64,000 nt of DNA. Source: an uncultured Actinomycetota bacterium. Its GTDB lineage: Bacteria; Actinomycetota; Actinomycetes; Propionibacteriales; Nocardioidaceae. Location: assembly GCA_963753565.1 (NCBI GenBank), contig CAVWCT010000022.1, positions 3,839 to 67,838 of the forward strand, written 5' to 3'. How positions within the stretch are numbered: position 1 is the stretch's first letter; every line of letters begins with the position of its first letter. The translations under genes were made by a program, and so were the position numbers. This document shows positions 61,860 to 64,000 of this stretch, piece after piece. The notes beneath the pieces are model-generated. The model saw only the letters and a list, made by a program, of their open reading frames with translations, was not told the origin of the DNA and did no database searches.

Positions 61860-62701
61860 TTGGTGTCCGTGACCTGGGCGTCGAGGTAGTCGAGGAACCC
61901 GTCGATGTCCGGGGCTGAGGTCACCTCGACCTGGTACGGCGTGTAGAACGCCGAGCCGGACCGGGCACCCGAGCCGATCACGAACCAGGTCTTTCCGCCG
62001 TAGGTCACCTTGGCGACGCTGGTGCGCGGGTGGTTCTGGAAGCCGGGTGACAGGTCGACGTCGTCGCGCTGGTCGAGGATCTGGGCGCCTTCCAGGGCCA
62101 CCAGCCGCTGGGAGGACCCGTCGGCGAAGCGCACCAGGCGGTCCGAGAAGCGAGGCCGTCCCTGCAGGTCGGCGGTGCTGTAGTCGGTCCACAGGTCGAA
62201 GTCGTTGGTCCAGGCATCCGCCTGTTCCATGAAGCCCCCGACGTCCTCGGGCTCGGCGCTGGTGCGGTAGATCATCGTCCACCAGACGTCGCCCTCGAAC
62301 TCGGACTCGGCGACGTAGGCGCTGACCACGGGGTTCTCGAACGAGTCCGCGGGGATCGGCACGGTCTTGATCACGCGGGCATCGGGCGCGATCCAGAGCT
62401 TGCCGTCGGGGTAGATCGAGACCGGGCCGTGGTTGCCGTACTCCTGCGCCCAGTCCGGGATGCCGTCGCCACTGGGGTCGGTTGCCGGCGTGCCGATGGT
62501 GGAGTCCGAAGCCGGGTCATCCAGCACCGAAAGCAGAGCACCACCGGTGAGGGCGAGTACGGCGACGCTTGCCGCGCCGGCGAGGGCGCGGCGGCGGCGT
62601 CGAGCGCGGCGACCGGAGGCCAGGTACACCGTCGCGGGGGCCGAGGGCAGATGGGGGACGGCGCGCTCGAGCTCGCGGGCCAGTTCGGTGTCGACGTTCA
62701 T
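61856..62701 (-). CDS. Single-pass membrane protein, probable anti-sigma partner
   Basis: Short N-terminus, GRRARRRRR, one TM helix, extracellular domain; ATGA overlap with the sigma gene. Confidence 0.7.
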   Translation of the reverse strand: MNVDTELARELERAVPHLPSAPATVYLASGRRARRRRRALAGAASVAVLALTGGALLSVLDDPASDSTIGTPATDPSGDGIPDWAQEYGNHGPVSIYPDGKLWIAPDARVIKTVPIPADSFENPVVSAYVAESEFEGDVWWTMIYRTSAEPEDVGGFMEQADAWTNDFDLWTDYSTADLQGRPRFSDRLVRFADGSSQRLVALEGAQILDQRDDVDLSPGFQNHPRTSVAKVTYGGKTWFVIGSGARSGSAFYTPYQVEVTSAPDIDGFLDYLDAQVTDTK

Positions 62702-62780
62702 GCTCCCTCTACGAGCGTTGGTCGTCAAAGGTTGTCACGAGGTCACGCAACTATCCTCACGACGTGGAGACTGACGATCG

Positions 62781-63152
62781 ATGAACGTGTTCCTGTGGAT
62801 CCTCCAGGTCGTGCTGGCCGCGATGTTCACCATGGCCGGCGTGCTGAAGACCACCCAGTCCCGCGAGAAGCTGCTCCCCTCGATGCCGTGGGTGGAGGAC
62901 CTCGCGACGCCGACGGTCCGGTTCATCGGCACGGTGGAGCTGTTGGCCGCCGTCGGGGTGATCCTCCCGGCCGCCCTCGACGTCGCTCCCGTGCTCACGC
63001 CGCTGGCGGCAACCGGGCTCGCGCTCCTCATGGTGCTCGCGGCGGCGACCCACCTGCGCCGGCGTGAGCCGAGCGCCATCGGTATCAACGCGGTCGCGTT
63101 CCTGATCGCGGTCGTTGTCGCCTGGGGCCGCTTCGGTCCCTACTCCTTCTGA
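62781..63152 (+). CDS. DoxX family membrane protein
   Basis: LWILQVVLAAMF, RFIGTVELLAAVGVILP, AWGRFG. Confidence 0.9.
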   Translation: MNVFLWILQVVLAAMFTMAGVLKTTQSREKLLPSMPWVEDLATPTVRFIGTVELLAAVGVILPAALDVAPVLTPLAATGLALLMVLAAATHLRRREPSAIGINAVAFLIAVVVAWGRFGPYSF

Positions 63153-63196
63153 CCGGTCCACCGTGACCCCGTGCGGTGCGGGGCGTTGTTCGTCAC

Positions 63197-64000
63197 ATGA
63201 GTCCGACTCGCGCCGCCCGGCTCCTGGCCGCTCCCGTGGCGCTGGGCGTATCGCTGAGCCTCGTGCTGGCGGTCCCCGTCGTACCCACCGCTGCCGTGCC
63301 CGCGGCGGAACCCGGACCCCCCTACACCGAGTACGTCGCCCTGGGCGACTCGTGGACCGCCGACGTGGTGATCCTCAACGGCGACGGCCTCCCCGCAAAC
63401 AATCACGCCCCGGTCGACTGCGCGCAGTCGCATCGCAACTACCCGAAGCTGGTGGCGAAGGCGCTGGGCGTGCCGACGTTCCGCGACGCGTCCTGCGGGT
63501 CGGCCACCACCGACGACTTCGCGCATCCGCAGAGCGGCCTGCCTACCGGTGGCACCAACCCGCCGCAGTTCGCCCGGCTGACCCCGACCACCGACCTGGT
63601 CACCGTCGGCATCGGCGGCAACGACGCCGGTATCGCGAGCGCGGGCATCGACTGCCTCAACCTGCTGCCGTTCGAGAACCCGCTGCCGACCGACCAGGTC
63701 CCGCTGCCCGAGCTGCCGATCCCGTTCATCGGCGGCGCATTTCCGCCGCTCGGCGGCTGCAAGAAGAAGTTCACCAAGAACGGTTACGACCAGCTCTCCC
63801 GCAACATCCGCGAGGCGCAGCCCAAGGTGGTCCGTGCGCTGAAGGCGATCCATCACCTGTCACCGAACGCGCGGATCCTGCTCGTCGACTACATGTCGGT
63901 CATCCCGGACCACGGCTGCTACCCGCTCGTGCCCGCCACCGACAAGGACATGAACTACATCAAGGCCAAGTTCGACCAGCTCAACGCGATGCTGGTCAGG
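63197..64000 (+). CDS. Secreted SGNH/GDSL lipase (runs off the window)
   Basis: Not in the ORF track. Signal peptide from ATG 63197, YVALGDSW, NYP, SCGSAT, VGIGGND. Confidence 0.88.
   Translation, partial: MSPTRAARLLAAPVALGVSLSLVLAVPVVPTAAVPAAEPGPPYTEYVALGDSWTADVVILNGDGLPANNHAPVDCAQSHRNYPKLVAKALGVPTFRDASCGSATTDDFAHPQSGLPTGGTNPPQFARLTPTTDLVTVGIGGNDAGIASAGIDCLNLLPFENPLPTDQVPLPELPIPFIGGAFPPLGGCKKKFTKNGYDQLSRNIREAQPKVVRALKAIHHLSPNARILLVDYMSVIPDHGCYPLVPATDKDMNYIKAKFDQLNAMLVR

Noticed and set aside
63300-63325. Frameshift in the C-run of the terminal SGNH lipase
   Set aside because: On recounting, six C's keep the signal peptide and the GDS motif in one frame.

Overview
High-GC actinobacterial chromosome segment; gene content and order suggest a Nocardioides-like organism (inference). 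About 1-51445 is a conserved actinobacterial backbone (metB, ilvA, greA, DUF4307, mca, DUF255, hemolysin III, cis-prenyltransferase, PIN-PhoH, fumC, class I fumarase, glpX, DUF4245, xseB/xseA, ispH, rmuC, xth, ychF), in an order resembling the M. tuberculosis metB-ychF region. Interspersed are a GMC oxidoreductase/aldehyde dehydrogenase pair, a four-subunit frdABCD operon with a small Cys/His leader gene and a CRP-type site, two lipoproteins, a SugABC-like sugar ABC transporter and a modABC operon. Downstream of ychF (51446-64000) is an accessory region with two degenerate copies of the ychF 3' end, an AAA-ATPase regulator/methyltransferase/SnoaL module, gene debris, an arsenic cluster (flavoprotein, ArsR-GNAT fusion, ArsC) without a canonical efflux pump, a Cys-Cys short ORF in front of an EamA exporter, an ECF sigma pair, DoxX and a partial SGNH lipase. 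Non-coding highlights: two copies of a 97-bp hairpin element, a 21-bp tandem/inverted repeat element and a structured uORF-containing phoH leader. Two genes carry single-base frameshifts and several short gene remnants are present. No rRNA, tRNA, CRISPR array, integrase or transposase was recognised. All calls are by eye; no searches were run.
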